Below are positions 62,392-64,000 of a stretch of 64,000 nucleotides of DNA, piece by piece. Every line of letters begins with the position of its first letter. Position 1 is the first letter of the stretch. The position numbers were made by a program, and so were the translations under genes. Under the pieces are notes generated by a model. The model saw nothing but the letters and a program-made list of their open reading frames with translations, ran no database searches and was not told the origin of the DNA. This DNA comes from Lytechinus pictus (Eukaryota). Location: the NCBI RefSeq assembly GCF_037042905.1, contig NC_087252.1, forward strand, positions 25,980,001 to 26,044,000. The letters are read 5' to 3'.

Positions 62392-64000
62392 TATGTTCAC
62401 GGCCTCAACTCAGTGGAGCGCGCCATTGAAAGGCCTTTTCGCCTAGCAATATTGTTAGCGACGTTCGTTAGCATCACTTTGCTCACTCTCCAAAATGTCT
62501 GCGACATTAAAATTCTAAAAACAATGGATTTGTTGAATTTTAGTGAGGCTATGAATGTTTATCATTTACATTGACTATCAGTGTACCAACATATACCGAA
62601 TTTACAAGCAAGTGTGGGTAAGACTTTGAATTATCAGTCATTTCGATGCAATCACAAAATTGATGAAAATATAACAGAAATTTGATATAGCATTGCAAAA
62701 TCCTTATTTTCATATCCCCTTAAATTTTAATTATTTGCAAAAGCATCTTAGTACGTTTCCTAGAATTTTTCACAACTGATAACGGTGGTGGCTTATTGAT
62801 TCTAGTTTTTTTTAAGAAATGGCAGGCATTTGAAATCAGGTAAATTGTTGTTATATTTTTAAAAGAAAATCGTTAGATTCGAACAACTTACTAATAGTTC
62901 TCCAAAAGAAGGGTTATATTCTATTATCTGTGTGTAAATGATACATGACGACAAATTTTACGAGTATATCATTGCATGTTGGATAACCTTTTCCACGATG
63001 AGTTTCGCAATTGAGAGAAAAATCAAGTTCATTCCTAGCACGCGAGCCGCAGAATGATAAATTTTAGCGTGCGCACACGGGCTGATCGCCGTGTCTGCGG
63101 GGACGGATATCTAGTCCCATACTGGTGTAAGGTGGTATTTTCCACGTACCTTTTCCCCTTGTAATGACCACTTCGCACTTTAATACTTAATTTTGACACT
63201 TAATCTGTGAAATTAATGGTTTAACGATTTTGGAAAATGTTCGGAATATACCTAACACATAAATGATTTCATTTTCTAGAATTATTATTTCTTTCCTGAA
63301 TTACCAAAAGGCAAATTTGGGTCAAGATTGCATATACTCACATTGACTGCATGTTTAGCATAGCGCATATCTATTACAATTTCTATTATGTGTGTCTATA
63401 TTATATAAATTGTCCTGATGTAAATATATGTTATAGAATCATATTGGATACAAAAATCATGACGGGTGTCATGGTCTGAGTTTTCTTTGTGTATAACAAA
63501 CAAAATACTGCATGATTCCAATTTTATTTGAACATGTCATCGTATGCAACGGCAATTTCAATCAATCAGTTTATAATTTTCTTTTGCTTAGTCAGCGTTT
63601 ATTTTTCAATGTGCAGAATTGGTTCGCAAGCGGTTTTTACACCAAAGAGCTTGCCAAAGAGCTCATTCCTGGCACTTCGACTAAAGATGGATATGATATT
63701 TTGTTTATCATGGTTATCCATTTTTAAAAACAATATTTATTTACTGCAGCCAACGAGTTCCTGACACAATTTATTTTTTGACTAAAAACTACATTATGAA
63801 TGTCCCCCGAGCGGTCTTAAAATAAAAAAGAAATACCCTTTTTCGCAAATGAATCATAGTTGTAGCTGTAAAATTACTTTGTCTTAATTCCTTTCCTCTT
63901 AATTTAATATTTTAGTATTTCATTTACATAACCTAAATGAAGGAGGATTCGGAACGATTATTGTCTGATGATTATGGGTGTGAAAGGACCCCTCCCCAAA

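Overview
AT-rich eukaryotic DNA, probably sea urchin (inferred from repeat styles, unverified), that is almost entirely nested transposable elements. The only clear host gene is a large minus-strand exon (1-762, running off the window and missed by the ORF track) of a GVIN1/VLIG-URGCP-family very large GTPase. Three TE complexes follow. (i) 1170-22999: a satellite-bearing MITE holds a full-length minus-strand LINE (6228-22799). That LINE holds a plus-strand L2/CR1-group LINE (7153-16457) whose reconstructed single ORF reads signal peptide, 2A-like GDIHPNPGP, APE, RT. (ii) 27212-46060: a concentric stack of non-autonomous DNA elements enclosing a 5 x 387-bp higher-order satellite. (iii) 46115-58451: a decayed Gmr1-like Gypsy interrupted by a third LINE and by a 5'-truncated Hero-like RLE retrotransposon. 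The best finding is in the 3' UTR of that Hero-like element: a fully base-pairable hammerhead ribozyme core with strands in a non-circularly permuted order (53067-53181, minus). The window ends with a Tx1-like ORF1 relic, a GATA-rich higher-order repeat and a possible solo LTR. Family names come from motif recognition, not database searches.
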